A stretch of DNA of 64,000 nt, from the NCBI RefSeq assembly GCF_947568905.1, contig NC_079166.1, positions 28,706,001-28,770,000 on the forward strand. The letters are read 5' to 3'. The notes beneath the pieces were generated by a model. That model saw nothing but the letters and a program-made list of their open reading frames with translations, made no database searches and was not told the DNA's origin. This stretch comes from Ostrea edulis. Taxonomy: Eukaryota. Below are positions 49,401 through 62,224 of this stretch, piece after piece (within the stretch, counting starts at the first letter, position 1; each line of letters opens with the position of its first letter). The position numbers and the translations under genes were made by a program.

Positions 49401-51958
49401 TTAAATAAAAAAATAATACCATGTTTATTTAGTACACTTTTCATACACTATGTACGTCAAAGGAGCTTTAAAATGCATATATATCTTACAACAGAATGTT
49501 ATACACATAATACATAGAAAATAAATAAAACATTAATAAGCAATGATATAAAAGGCGTTATCACATATAATCAGTCCGTAGCTGTACCTATCCTGATTGT
49601 ACATATAAAACATGGAAACATAAGATACCATAAATATGCTAGATAAGAATAAACATCAGTTTCAGGGCGTATTAAAATAATAATAATAATGAAATACACA
49701 CACGCATACACAGCATATAATGTCTCAGTTATAATACATTAAAACAGAATTTTTTTTTGATAATATTTGTATTAGGATAGGATGTACAATGCATATTAGT
49801 GTAATCTACAAAATACCAAATATAAACTCAATGCACGTTTCGCGCACTCTATAGTTTAAGTGAAGGCAAATCTGTAGACTGATGGTCATCTCCCGAACCG
49901 CAGTATAGAAAGTAGGTTATAAGTTAAAGGTATATACGTTATACGTGATAATAATTGAATGTTTTATTTCCAAACTAGCGTGCACGTGTTCAATGTATGA
50001 CGATACGTAATTATAAATTCTACAACGTAAACTATTTGATTTTATCACAGATAGTCCACGCCTTCTTCATACGTGGTCGTAAAGAAAACAATGGCGTCGG
50101 TAGTTCATCGATTGAACACAGAGGAATAAGGACCTATCAGACTAACTTCACAAATGTTTACCAAGTCGCACGTAGTAAGACAGTCACGTGGTCAGTGCTC
50201 TGTTAGTTAAGGAAAGAAAGTGTTTAAAAACACAAGACTTCTGCACCCATGGGACTACCAACAATTGACCAATTTTCTAAAGCATTCTCTACATCCGTAC
50301 GTATGAACATGTATAAATGCATAGGGATATTGATAAGAAAGGTCAGCCTCTACCAAACTTTAAATTTCGTGATCGACAGGATAGAGGCTCTGACTTTATA
50401 TTGTTTATGTGTATAGCATTTTCTTTAATGCCATTTATACTAAATTGAAACAAAATTAATAATTAGAACTTGGGGACAAGAAAGATACATTTATAAGTTG
50501 TAAATACCAGGGCTTCTACAACCCAGGGGCCTTTGGGGTTAGATAAACACTACTAAACATTGACCAATATTCAAAAATCACCTTCTCCTCAATTGCACAT
50601 CTGTGATAATGGCCACATCTGTAAGAAAAGTTAAATGCATAGTGATGTCGAGCAGGAAGGTCTCTTTCAAAATAGTCTATTTCATGATCTTGGATTAAAG
50701 GTTCTAATTTCACGGCGCGGCCACGGTGTACATGTCTAAAACCTTCTTGAATGCAATTGATACTTAATTGAAATTAAATGGATATTTAGAAGGATTAGGC
50801 AATTCTTTACAAAAAATGTAAATTGCATGATCCCAGGGATAATGATGTTTGGTTCCAGGGTGGGAGCAGAATTATTATTGTCTTAATGATTTGAAATACT
50901 AGTATAAAACTGAATACATATTTAGAACAAGCAGAAATGGATGTACCAAAATTTATAAATTTCGCACCCAAGGGTTTCAACTCAAGGACTGGTCTAAAAT
51001 AGGCATATCTTGTTAATGTTACAGTTGTGTACATATGAAAGGTGAAGATAACGGACTGGGGGCAATCTCATAACTTCTATAAGAAATACAAAATAGATAG
51101 TTTGGCTAACTCCAATTTGAAATGATGACTGTAAAACTGTGTAATTTGAGAGTTTGATAAAAAGCGCAAAACGGCATTGGTAGTAGCTGCAAATCTGTAG
51201 CGTTATGGTTTTATATTCTTGTCTTTGACCATAACGCTACAGTTCCTGTAACGTAAATATTGTGCAATTTACGGCGCAAGATTTTCTGCGCACGTTTGGG
51301 GATGCATTTACCCACTTTCCAGCATTGGGCAATCATCTACCCTTCATTCCCTAATAGCCGTGTTTCGAGTTCCTCCGGAACACCTGGGATTTTTCGTATT
51401 TAGCCACGCTGGTCACGTGATATGAGCAAAATGTTCCACAGGGGTACTTCCGGTTAATTTTGTTTACACTGGTAACAAAATTGTTTTTCACAAAATATAG
51501 ATTTTGCGGCACAAACTGTCGCAAATCAGATAAAGGATAGCAAGGGATATATATTTACTTGGGAAGATGTCAAAGTTTACCTTTTCCCAAACCCGGGAAA
51601 AGCGTTCACGCAGAGGAAACAATGGCGTCATTTGTGTAGAGAACCACGAGCAGCCGAAATTGAGTGCGATTATTACATTCCATGAAAGCTGAACCAACAA
51701 AGAAACATCATTGTTCTAGCCAGTTTGCTTATATTAACTTTTAGGAAAACCAAGAGGTTTGTACTGACTCTTAAAAATATAATATAGACTGTGCAAAATC
51801 TTGTCTAGGTATATACTTGTACCCTCGTCCACATCTGAGCAGTTTATGTATTTTACAACGGTGTTCATGTGACATTAAATAGAGAATTTCAATTATGAAC
51901 TTATGGTTCAGGCTCATAAAAATTACGAATCAATTTCACAAGGGAGTAAGAGGGGGTG

Positions 51959-51961
<3 letters not shown>

Positions 51962-52008
<47 letters not shown>
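51962..52008. repeat. (TA)n microsatellite
   Basis: Direct reading; another (TA)n lies at 54523-54569. Confidence 0.98.
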
Positions 52009-52010
<2 letters not shown>

Positions 52011-54289
52011 GTCAAATAAATAAAATATGAGAACACCAGATAATATATCCCTACGGATCTATACTAGAATTTGCATGATCATTTATTCAAGCTCCATACC
52101 GATGGTTCATTCACTGCAAAATTTTGAATTATATCAAAGAACATTGATCTTTTCTCCAACTTTTAATACCAATCAAGCACAGGCAATATGCATCGCTTGG
52201 GGTCAAATTTACTATTAAAGATTACTCTTTAATAGTAAATTCGAACACAAGTGATGCATATTGCCTGTGCAATCAAGGTACTTTGCATGTACATCAGATA
52301 TGTACATTTCCACTCAAACCACTTGTATACAAGAATGGAACCAGCTGAACATGAGCCAGGTTATATATTATATATTTGCTCTCCTACCCCTTTGATTCAG
52401 TACTGTGTAAGGAAATATACTATTGAGTATATATATATATATTTAAAAAGAATAACAAAGAACAACAATTTTCATATATATTTTATTCAACATATATATA
52501 CACAGGTTGATAACAATGGCTGATCTGCATATAATGACTGCTAGTTATTGGCTGGTATGCAGTGAAAGGGAGCTAAAAAGGAGTAAAAAGTTCATATCAG
52601 CCAGGTGAGAATTAATTTCTTCTTTTTTGTGTGTTATACATATGTAATTCTTTTCTTTTGCTGCTTCAAATCTTGTGTATTTGAAAATTTTCAGTCTAAT
52701 ATTTTGGCAATGTTATAGGTAGTGTGGCTTAAATAAACCAGTGTTAAGGAATATCCAGTAATGGCATGATATCATGAGAGTTTGGCATACCGACATTCAG
52801 ATGATTAATGATGAAACTGAAGACCTCAAGTGAAAGGCATGGAAAATGATCCTGTTCCCATATACCTGTAAAAGAGGAGGGATGCTACAATATTAATAAT
52901 AGACTTCTGTCAATTTGAGAAGCAAAGATGTAAAAAAAAAAAAAAAAAAAAAATAATGCTGAAATTATAATTCATGTATTTGTTAAAAATACTGTTCACT
53001 GTACATACATGTATATTTTTTTTTAACTTATTTGGAAATACATGAAGTAATTCATATTAAAACTGTGAATGTATGAGTTTTCATGATTTTTATCAATAAA
53101 GCTTACCATATTTATTGTACATATATCTGATTTCTCCTATATATTGTAGTCATATGAGAGCTTGCTTGCATTCAGAGATCTGACATCATGTATAAAGCCG
53201 AGTTAAACAACTTCAAAATCTACCCAACATGTTTTAAATGAACACAAAAGATTCTTCCTAATTTCTTCTTTTTTTTTCAATTTTGTTCATAAATTTATAT
53301 TTAAGTCAATTTACCTTTTTCAAACTTTTTTTGCATATGACGGATTTCCTCTGTATTGCTATATCTATCAGGCCCAACACAATCTCTATATTTAGCTATA
53401 TAGTTTTATAAAGCTATTTCAAACAGCTTCATTAAGCTAGTTTCGATTAAATTTCTTAAGTGCAATGACACATAACAATATACATGTACTTTGAACTAAC
53501 CACAACACTATTCTAGGTATATATCATATGTCATTTTAAGAATTTTCATGAAAAGAGAATTTCTTTTGTATTGATAACTGTCCACTACCTTGTGTGTGTT
53601 GAAGCTTTGATAAGTATATGATGACTTTACAATGTGGAATCTGTAACAACTTAATAATCCTAAACATTTGACAATTTTGAATCAAAATTCTTCCTAAGGT
53701 ACATAGTTTAAAGGACACATGACACAAAAAATTATTTGTCTGTAATCATTGTCTTTATAATCCTTAAGTCAGATTCTCACACTGAATCTGTTAAACAAGC
53801 ATCTGATAACAAGGCACAGCTGGAAATAGTAATCTGTAAACACCAGCCGAAGCAGTTCTCCGAGCAGTGCCGACAGTTAATGAGATAAGAGTCACGTGTG
53901 TGTTATATACGTCAGAGGTGAGCTTCTTGCAAATTCTCACCGTAACGTATTCAATACAATGGCTGAAGACTTATCAGAACTCTGATTTGTTTAAGAAATA
54001 ACAAAATTCAATTGCAGTAAACTATTATTGGAAATCATGTAATAAACTTAAACTTTGATATTCACATTTGCAGCAGATTTAGGTTGTTGATCCTCCTTCC
54101 CCCAAGCTCTAAATTGCTAAACATATATAAATATGTACCAGTATGTATATCGTGTATATATTGAAAAAAAAATCAACAACAAAAATTCCGTATATGTCTA
54201 ATGAATTGACATCATGGCATTCTGAACCCCTTATCTATAAAAATGTATGTCACATATAAATAATGTAAGAAACCTACCATAAAACGAAT

Positions 54290-54519
54290 GTAGGAAAAAA
54301 AGTCACGGATGAAAAATCACAGGAAAATAAGTCACAGGAAAAAAAGTCACAATATATATTTTGTATAAAAATCACATAGACGTATGAAAAAAAGTCACAA
54401 TATATATTATATTATATGTATAGGGGAAAATTCATAGTATATATTTTGATAGAAAAGGGTCACATATACAAAGGGGGAGAAAGTCACAGTATATATATTT
54501 TGAAAGAAAACTACATATT

Positions 54520-54571
<52 letters not shown>

Positions 54572-55113
54572 TCAATTATTATATAAGGAGAAAAGTTTTA
54601 CTTAAATTTGATTCAAAGTTAGAAGATTCCATGTTTTTTATAATCATTTGCAACAAACAAATAACCCCAATAAAAATTAACTTTTAAGTATTTACAACAG
54701 TTGTTGACAGGGACTGTTGAGATTAATTAGTGGCTTCACAAGGCACCTTTCCCCTTTTCTAGACAGTGTATTCCCTGTATAAGTAGACAAAATGGCATCA
54801 GTTTACAATCTTTGAAGCCATACATAGGATGAAGGAAAAAATATGTTTGTTTTGATTTTTTTAGCAAATGTTAACTATTCATCGGTGCTTTATTTTTCCT
54901 ACGTATGGTCAAAGTCACTCTTTATAAATATTGTGACTTTTTTTCCTTGGTATAGGCAAAAACAATCAAAAATTTTGAACAAAAGAAATTGTGACTTTTT
55001 TTGCTAGGTGTGGTCATAGACACTCTTTATACATATTGTGACTTTTTTTCCTGTGACTTTTTTTCCTACCCAGATTGTGACTTTTTTTTTCCTGTGACTT
55101 TTTTCCCGTTTAC
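54290..55113. mobile_element. Foldback-like element nested in the Kolobok
   Basis: Arrays of GAAAAAAAGTCACA on the left and TGTGACTTTTTTTC on the right around a (TA)n core; exact ends and TSD not resolved. Confidence 0.6.
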
Positions 55114-55360
55114 CCATGAAGACAGGGATTATAAAAAATGATCTTTGTTTTCTTTTGGTAACAATTTTCTCTAGCAAATTGCACCCCTTCCCCAAATTTA
55201 AATTTGAATCCTGATACAAAATACGAATAGTAAAAAACAGTTAACTTGCAGCACATATGTAATCATATTGTAAAAAAAAAAATAGTTTTTTTTTACCTGA
55301 AGTATTTGTCGCTTTCTATATGCACCATACCCAGATGGTTTTCTCTCTCTCAGTATTTGA

Positions 55361-55657
55361 TCAGGTTGAACATTCACCTTGGGTAGACCACTCAGCATCG
55401 GGTACAGCATCATCTTTTAACTGAGCAAGAGCATTATGATAACCTAATTCAGCTAACCGGGGTGGATAACGAGAATACTGATCTGGCGTAAAGTGTTTCT
55501 CACATATTTTACTGTATTTGGTTAATGTAAGGTCTCTTCTGTGACAGTAATGTACCCATGCTTTTTGAAGACCTGCATCTTTGGGGAAGCGAAAAAATGA
55601 CACATTTTTGTCCACTTTTGAAGAGGTTGAACAATTATAAACAGCACAATACGGCAT
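55361..55657 (-). pseudogene. THAP zinc-finger domain (first exon of the transposase, frameshifted after AVP)
   Basis: MPYCAVYNC...FFRFPKD....KAW...C.R.......ICEKHF......LKDDAVP is the C2CH THAP signature; the alternative frame continues ...RKRQILQ|GTAAAA. Confidence 0.85.
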
Positions 55658-56710
55658 CCTTACAAACTATATGAATAACTCTTTAGATACAAAGAAATAT
55701 GAGTGTGCATGTTCTTTGTTTATGACAGCATTTAACCCATTACTGGTAATTAGGGAAACTGTTTGTCTTTGATCAGTGATAAGAAAGATTTATAGTATCT
55801 CTTCTGTAGAAGCATATAGCATCTCTGTGCTGTAGCTCATCTCTGACGTCACCCCGACTGTTTCCGATCTCTGGGGTTTAGAATATGCATATTGAGGTCA
55901 GGCTGCTTATCAGTACAGTGTTACAGCTTTAGCTGTGAAACGGATGCGTGTTTAACAGATTCAGTGTGAGAATCTGACTTAAGGATTATAAAGACAATGA
56001 TTGCAGATAAATAATTTTTTGTGTCATGTGTCCTTTAAGAAGCTTTTTTTGTTTACAGTGTGTTGTTTCAAGTACAAGGATGAAATATTTTTACTTAGAA
56101 ATTCAATTTTTATGCTTTAAAAATACATTTGATAGAAGATTTGAAATAGTTATATCTAGCAATTTCAATTAGCTTTAAAAAGCTATATAGCTTGATTAGC
56201 ATATTTATATAGCTAATTATACTAGAGATTGTGCTGGACCAGTCTATGAGCACATAATTGAAATTATGTTGCTGAAAGGAATAATATTACCTTAATCATG
56301 ATCAGATATATATTTTGTTCAGTGATATAAATATGAGCAGTAATCACAAATACCTACTGGATTGTGAAAAGTCAATAAAATGACTACAACAATAAATAGT
56401 CATGCTAAAAATTCTTCCAATTACATGAGTATATCATTAGAAGTCAAACTCCAAAGATGTTTACAAATTTGTAACACAAGTATTAGTTGATAAATAATTA
56501 TTTTCAAATCAGACAGCATATTGACTATACTCAAGAAGATAATTTTATCCTCACCCACGTATGGCTATATCATTGCACTCAGAAACCCAGTCTAATTCAA
56601 TCTAAACTAGCTTTAAATAATAAAGCCATTTCAAATACCTATAATATTATAGCTAATCTATTACTTTTCATTTTGTATTGTCATTATCTATATTTTATAT
56701 CAATAATTAT

Positions 56711-57325
56711 CAGGTCCAGTCCAAAGACTATTTCTACCTATGTAGCTACTTATAGCTACCTAGGTACATATATTTAAACCTACTCCAGGTAGCTATTTTT
56801 ACCTACGTTTTCCTTTACTTGCATTTCGTGGCCAAACGCAGGAACGGCGCAACATGGTGTGTACCAAATTTCTTGATTCACTTATACTGACAATGAATAC
56901 CACAAAAATATTGGACAAAAATGATTACTTTCAAATTTGCATCAATAACTGCACCCACATCCATTCGCTAGGAACTTATGATCAAAGATACATGATAAGA
57001 GATCTAGAATGTTTTACAAATCTTTATTAGTTTTAAAGTTAACATTTATGCACTCTTACATTAAAAGTTTTTGAGTCGATTTTTCATGCAATTTTCTCTA
57101 CATTTTCCACCCTCGTAAAGTATTTAAATTTACACTCCGAATTTTGTCATGCACATCATGATACATAAAACGACTGACCTGTTTAAAAGATGTGCCTTAA
57201 TTATTTTTTATTTATATCTTTAAAAACATGTAAAAGTAGGTAAAAGTAGCTACTTTAAGTAGGTTTAAATACCTAGGTAGCTATTAATAGCTACGTAGGT
57301 AGAAATAGTCTTTGGAATGGACCTG
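56711..57325. mobile_element. MITE with CAGGTCCA termini
   Basis: ~90-bp imperfect TIRs (CAGGTCCA.TCCAAAGACTATTTCTACCTA); possible 5-bp TSD ATTAT/GTTAT. Confidence 0.7.
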
Positions 57326-57339
57326 GTTATATATGTTAC

Positions 57340-58042
57340 CATCTTCACAAGTCAAGGGTTATTGATTCGTTACCTCGCACTAACCCTTGACATCAGTCGC
57401 TATTTAAAAGTTGGGCTCGAGAAGAAGGATGACGCAATACGCTAAAATTAATCAGCCAATGGAATTTCTTGTTTCAGATGAAAGTTTGGTAAGGGAATAA
57501 ACAGAAAGTAAAAATTGGCGTCCGTTGACGAAAAGATATGTGAAAAACATCAAATCGATCATTTGACTGAAAACCAAAACTTTCGATATCATGTATCAGA
57601 GAAGGAAAAGATGTTTTTATTGGGACTAAAACCGGCAGTGGTAAATCGCTATCTTACGAAGTTGTTCGCATTATTTTGGACAATTTGTTTAATTTGTTAA
57701 AACATAGTCGACAAACGTACTTCGACAATCCATCATTTTCATTCGGATCATACCCCAAATCCTCGTCTAATTGTTTCTTCAAGCAAAACGAACTCCCGAA
57801 AATCAATCGACGGTATCTGTCTTGTACTAATTGGCCACAAATTTTACACCATAATGCCTTCGCCATGCGTGTTTACTGTTTAGTTTTGTTTTCGACCGAT
57901 ATAAAAGCCGTTGTCTGATTGGTTTGCAGCTTCAGGCTGCAAACCAATCATATGCTTCTTCTCGAGCCCAACTTTTAAATAGCGACTGATGTCAAGGGTT
58001 AGTGCGAGGTAACGAATCAATAACCCTTGACTTGTGAAGATG
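57340..58042. mobile_element. Internally deleted AcademH-type DNA transposon
   Basis: 88-bp TIRs (57340-57427, 57955-58042), exact 9-bp TSD ATATGTTAC, RecQ-like Walker A region GKDVFIGTKTGSGKSLSY on the plus strand and a CxxC...CxxC ORF on the minus strand. Confidence 0.8.
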
Positions 58043-58796
58043 ATATGTTACATGTTTATGCCCATTTTGGCCCTGATTTGGTAACGTAAATTCTATTTCA
58101 CATAGGCCCTAGACTGTACTGGACCTAATGCCTGCTTTATGAAGCAGTGCACATTGTGTTTTGTTTAATCATATATATATAAAATGTCGTCATAATTTTT
58201 ATTTTACCTGTTTGACAGGTTTCAGTGAGTCTAATACGTTCTTTTCCTTTACCCCTCCGGTTACTAGACAGCTGAGCCTTGTGTGAGTTACACGACATCG
58301 TCTTCTGTTCTTGACGAAGTCTTTCGTAGATCAATAGTAGCTTATCAAACGCTCATAAACAAATATGTACCGCATACACCCCAAACTATTACATGTGTAT
58401 TTCAATTTCATGATGATTGACAAAATTAAGCCTAGGCCTAATACACGAAGTGTCGACTGTTGGTAAACAAAGGTAAACAACGATAAAGCGGAAGTAACCC
58501 TGTGGAACATTTTTGACGCGGCGTGACTAACCACAGAATAAACACTGTGTTCCGGAGTAACTCGAAACACGGCTATTGTAAACATATTTTATTACCCACC
58601 TGTATATCTTATCGGTCTACGTAACTTTACTTCGTTCTCTGGGTGTGATTAAGGAAGTATGCTACACCAGAGAAATTTGATGTAGATGAAAAGTGGAGGA
58701 TATGTACAACAATATTTTGAAGTTGAAAAATTTCAAATTTACTTTATTTTGTCAAAAAATACAGTTTTAGTAGAAGGTAATCTGAAAAAAATTTAA

Positions 58797-58867
58797 AACT
58801 CCTGCTGGACTCGAATCTGCGACCTACAGTTCAGCATTCGGTATTCTAACCTACTGAGCTACTCGGC
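58797..58867 (-). other. tRNA-derived sequence (A and B boxes) within a repeat; not a functional tRNA
   Basis: TAGCTCAGTAGGTTAGA and GATTCGAGTCC boxes at tRNA-like spacing, but the acceptor stem does not pair. Confidence 0.55.
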
Positions 58868-61800
58868 TAGGTATTTAAATAGAAAAGGAAATTTCAAATA
58901 TTGCTGATATTGATTTTTTCATCCATGTTTTTAAAGGAAGTCAGCCATTATGACGATGTAGAGTACTACTTTAAAGTACAACTCATCGTAAATCCGTGCA
59001 CCCCATATTAAACCTAGAATGAAAATATTTAAGTACATGTATAAACCCGGTATTAAAACATAGATAACGAAATGCCCAATACACCATAATCTGGTTATTC
59101 ATGAGTGCGATAAAATTAACATTAAGGGTACATTCAGTCGCTATTCCGAAATTAAAGTTAACAAAAACTTTTACTGTACTCTTTTTAACTAGAAATATGA
59201 AATCATAAAAGCAGATAAATGATGAACCTCTCAAAAGTCAGCACTGAAAAAGATTTTCACTTCGTGCCAAATATCTACGCCTTTCACAGGCTTTATGAGA
59301 GAGTTGGTATCGCTGTTATGTCTTAAATGTAATTCGATCCAAATACTGCTTTGTCGTCCTATCTATGTATACAAGTTTTTATACGGTGTAATACATTAGG
59401 TGGGGGTATTTAAACTGTAATATAATCTTATCTTCATTTTGCTTCAAATTTAAACCAAGGTTGACAAATGATCTTCCGTATATCTGGTGTTGTAAGGTAT
59501 GTGTTTGCAGTGGTAAATAAATGCGCCATGAACCAGGACGCTAGGTATTACTTTGAAGGAAAATTAAAGTTAAAATATAATAGGATAAATTCAAACTTAT
59601 CAAGTGTTTCCTCGAAGTAATTCAAGCTTTTTAATTTGAAGGGATGTATCTGTCAATATATTTTCAGAACGATAGTGATGTGAATGATTGATCCGCTTCA
59701 CTAGAAGAAAAATGATCTAGACAAAAATGTCTCTTTGGAGTATGCTTTACTTTTCTGTTTATTATCGTTTCAGTGACTACACAACTATACACTGGTACTT
59801 CTGGGACATAGTAGCTATTCAAGAGGTTTATTCAACGATTTCAAAACTAATATAATTTCAACTGTGCGGACACTGATAAAGCGACAATGCAACTTTTAAT
59901 GAATGACAAGCATTGTTTTATTTCTTGGATGCATGAATTTCATTTATTCATCATTTACAAGATGGAATGTAAAGAAAATAAAATAAAAGACAATACTTAT
60001 AATGTCATGGATGCGGATCATAAACACCATTTGAAACCTAGACCAATGGATTTCTGGTTTGGAAAATGGCCAGAGAAGAAGCGCTCGGAGTTCTTCGTGT
60101 GGCAACCTCTAACCTATAAGTTCGAGTGTGATCGGATAATTCTTCTGTCACATGATCAGAACAAAAAAGTTCTTGAAATAGAAACATGTCAACAGTTGAA
60201 AGAATTTGATTTTCAGCATTTATTTGAATCTTATATTAAAGTGTACGCCAATGCAATCTTATGCAAACCGCTGTGCAGTGCAAAAGTCATCTGGCCATCT
60301 TTAAACTCGGCGTGAAAAAACAAAAACAACAACCGGTAGTTCTGTCATATACACCGAGGAATCATTCCATAAGAAGCAAAAGGAAAGCCCGGTGATTAAG
60401 AATATTTTACGATACAATTTTGACAACTGGGTGCATGCACTGATATAGGTTTTCCTCGAATCTTATATGAAAAGGTTTTGACTATGTGTCCGTACTATCT
60501 CCTTGCTGACTAAAGATGTCCAACCTTTGTGTCCTACATGTTTTGAAGATATGGTTGCTGTCCGTATACATGTACGTGGATTTATCTAACAGTCTACATG
60601 TATGCGTAATAATATTAGTCATTTCACACGCAACGGCTATGTGTAAAAAGCCAGTAATGAAATTGCTATAACCATAACAATATCAACATTAGCTTTAAGG
60701 TTCTACTACATACACGGATCCGAGATTTTGTACTATTTTCAATCTGTTTATTGTATTGTTGCTGAAAGTTCGAAGGGAACAGTTTTCATCTCTAATCAAA
60801 TATATGCCTAATTAAGCATTTAGTCCTTTCCGGTATTTCTGGTGTCCTTTAAAAGTAGATGCATCGACATCAGTGGCTAGGATTACATGTAGGAACATTT
60901 TTTACAAATCTTCTAAAGACCATACAATTTACCCTGGGTCCAGGATCGAGCCACAAATGGGGTTCAAAGCTTGACAATAATTATATATTGGAAAAGTCTT
61001 TTCACATTTTCTTAAAGAATATAATAACATGTTTTGAAAATGTTTTTAATAACAACAGGGACAATATGGCGTATGTGAACATTGTGTCCCATCGTCTCTT
61101 GTATTTTGTTTCTGATGATATTCTAATTATTTCCAACATTATCGTAATTATTGATGCATGCGAATATAGCCACATATTTGATTTAACATTTACATCAAAA
61201 TTAATTTTTTATATTGTTATTACAGTATGATAGATGATGCTCAACATCAGCATGAATAGTATATATCTCCTATGTTATTTATCTTTCAGGGAATATCGCT
61301 ATGTACATATTCTATTGTAAATAGTAAATTCTGAAAATATTTCATAGCGGGACAAGAAAGAAAATTGCTGGGCATTAAACTGTAATTCGTATATTTAAAG
61401 TCTATGTGATGGAAGATGTAAATATAAACATTAGAGACAATTTCTGCAAGAGGTAACCCCCATCTAGTTTTTTTAGTATTACACTATGATATTTTTTGCG
61501 GAAAACGTTGATAAATGCCATCGTAAAGAGTAAGTTCCAATATTGTCTTATAACACGAGGTAGACCGTAAGCTACTTTTAGGTGAAAGCCTGAAATTTGT
61601 TGTTTTATAAGTGTTTGTTTACAGTCCTATTTACCATCATATTCATAAACACGTCTTAGGGGGCCGGGTTTTATATAAATACAAAGTGCAACGTGTATGA
61701 TAATGTTTTAGATATACTTTTTGTAGAATATCTTTATTTCAATTACAAATTGCACGTACTGCATATTCCTAGATGTAACCTAAAACAAAAATATTGAAAT

Positions 61801-62224
61801 ACATTATAAAGCCTCTGCTACCGGTTGTTCTTGTCCAAGCATTTTGGGATTGCATCTTTTTTAATATTTGCAATTCTCTTTCTGTGTGTGGTGTTTTTCT
61901 TCTTCAGAAATTATGTGGAGATGTACAAGTGCCACAATTATGCCTGAACATTTTCAGTAGAACATTTATGTAAGAATTTTTGTTAATAATTTGAATTCTA
62001 TGAATTCTGGGACGAGATAGGGTCGGGCACGGGATGTATGATTATTTACAGATAGAACTGATGCGATCCGGACTTTATAGTACATTGATTGACAATGCCA
62101 TATGATTCGAGGTATAACGAATGTCGGACAGTGATTTGCGAACAACATAAAGAAACTAAGAGTACACGGTATCAAATATGCGATTAGGAATTGTTTTGGA
62201 GGTGTTGACATTCATCTTACATTC

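Larger units (their letters stand above)
53712..56034 (-). mobile_element. Kolobok-type non-autonomous DNA transposon with THAP remnant
   Basis: ~100-bp near-perfect TIRs starting AGGACACATGACAC, TTAA TSD (53708-53711, 56035-56038), THAP ORF inside. Confidence 0.85.

Noticed and set aside
51400-51700. Promoter-like cluster (CACGTG, ACTTCCGG, AATGGCG) and a possible small exon at 52506-52555
   Set aside because: Part of it lies in a repeat that recurs at 58455-58580, and no downstream coding exons could be assembled.
58797-58867. Possible tRNA gene
   Set aside because: A and B boxes are present but the acceptor stem does not pair; treated as tRNA-derived repeat sequence.
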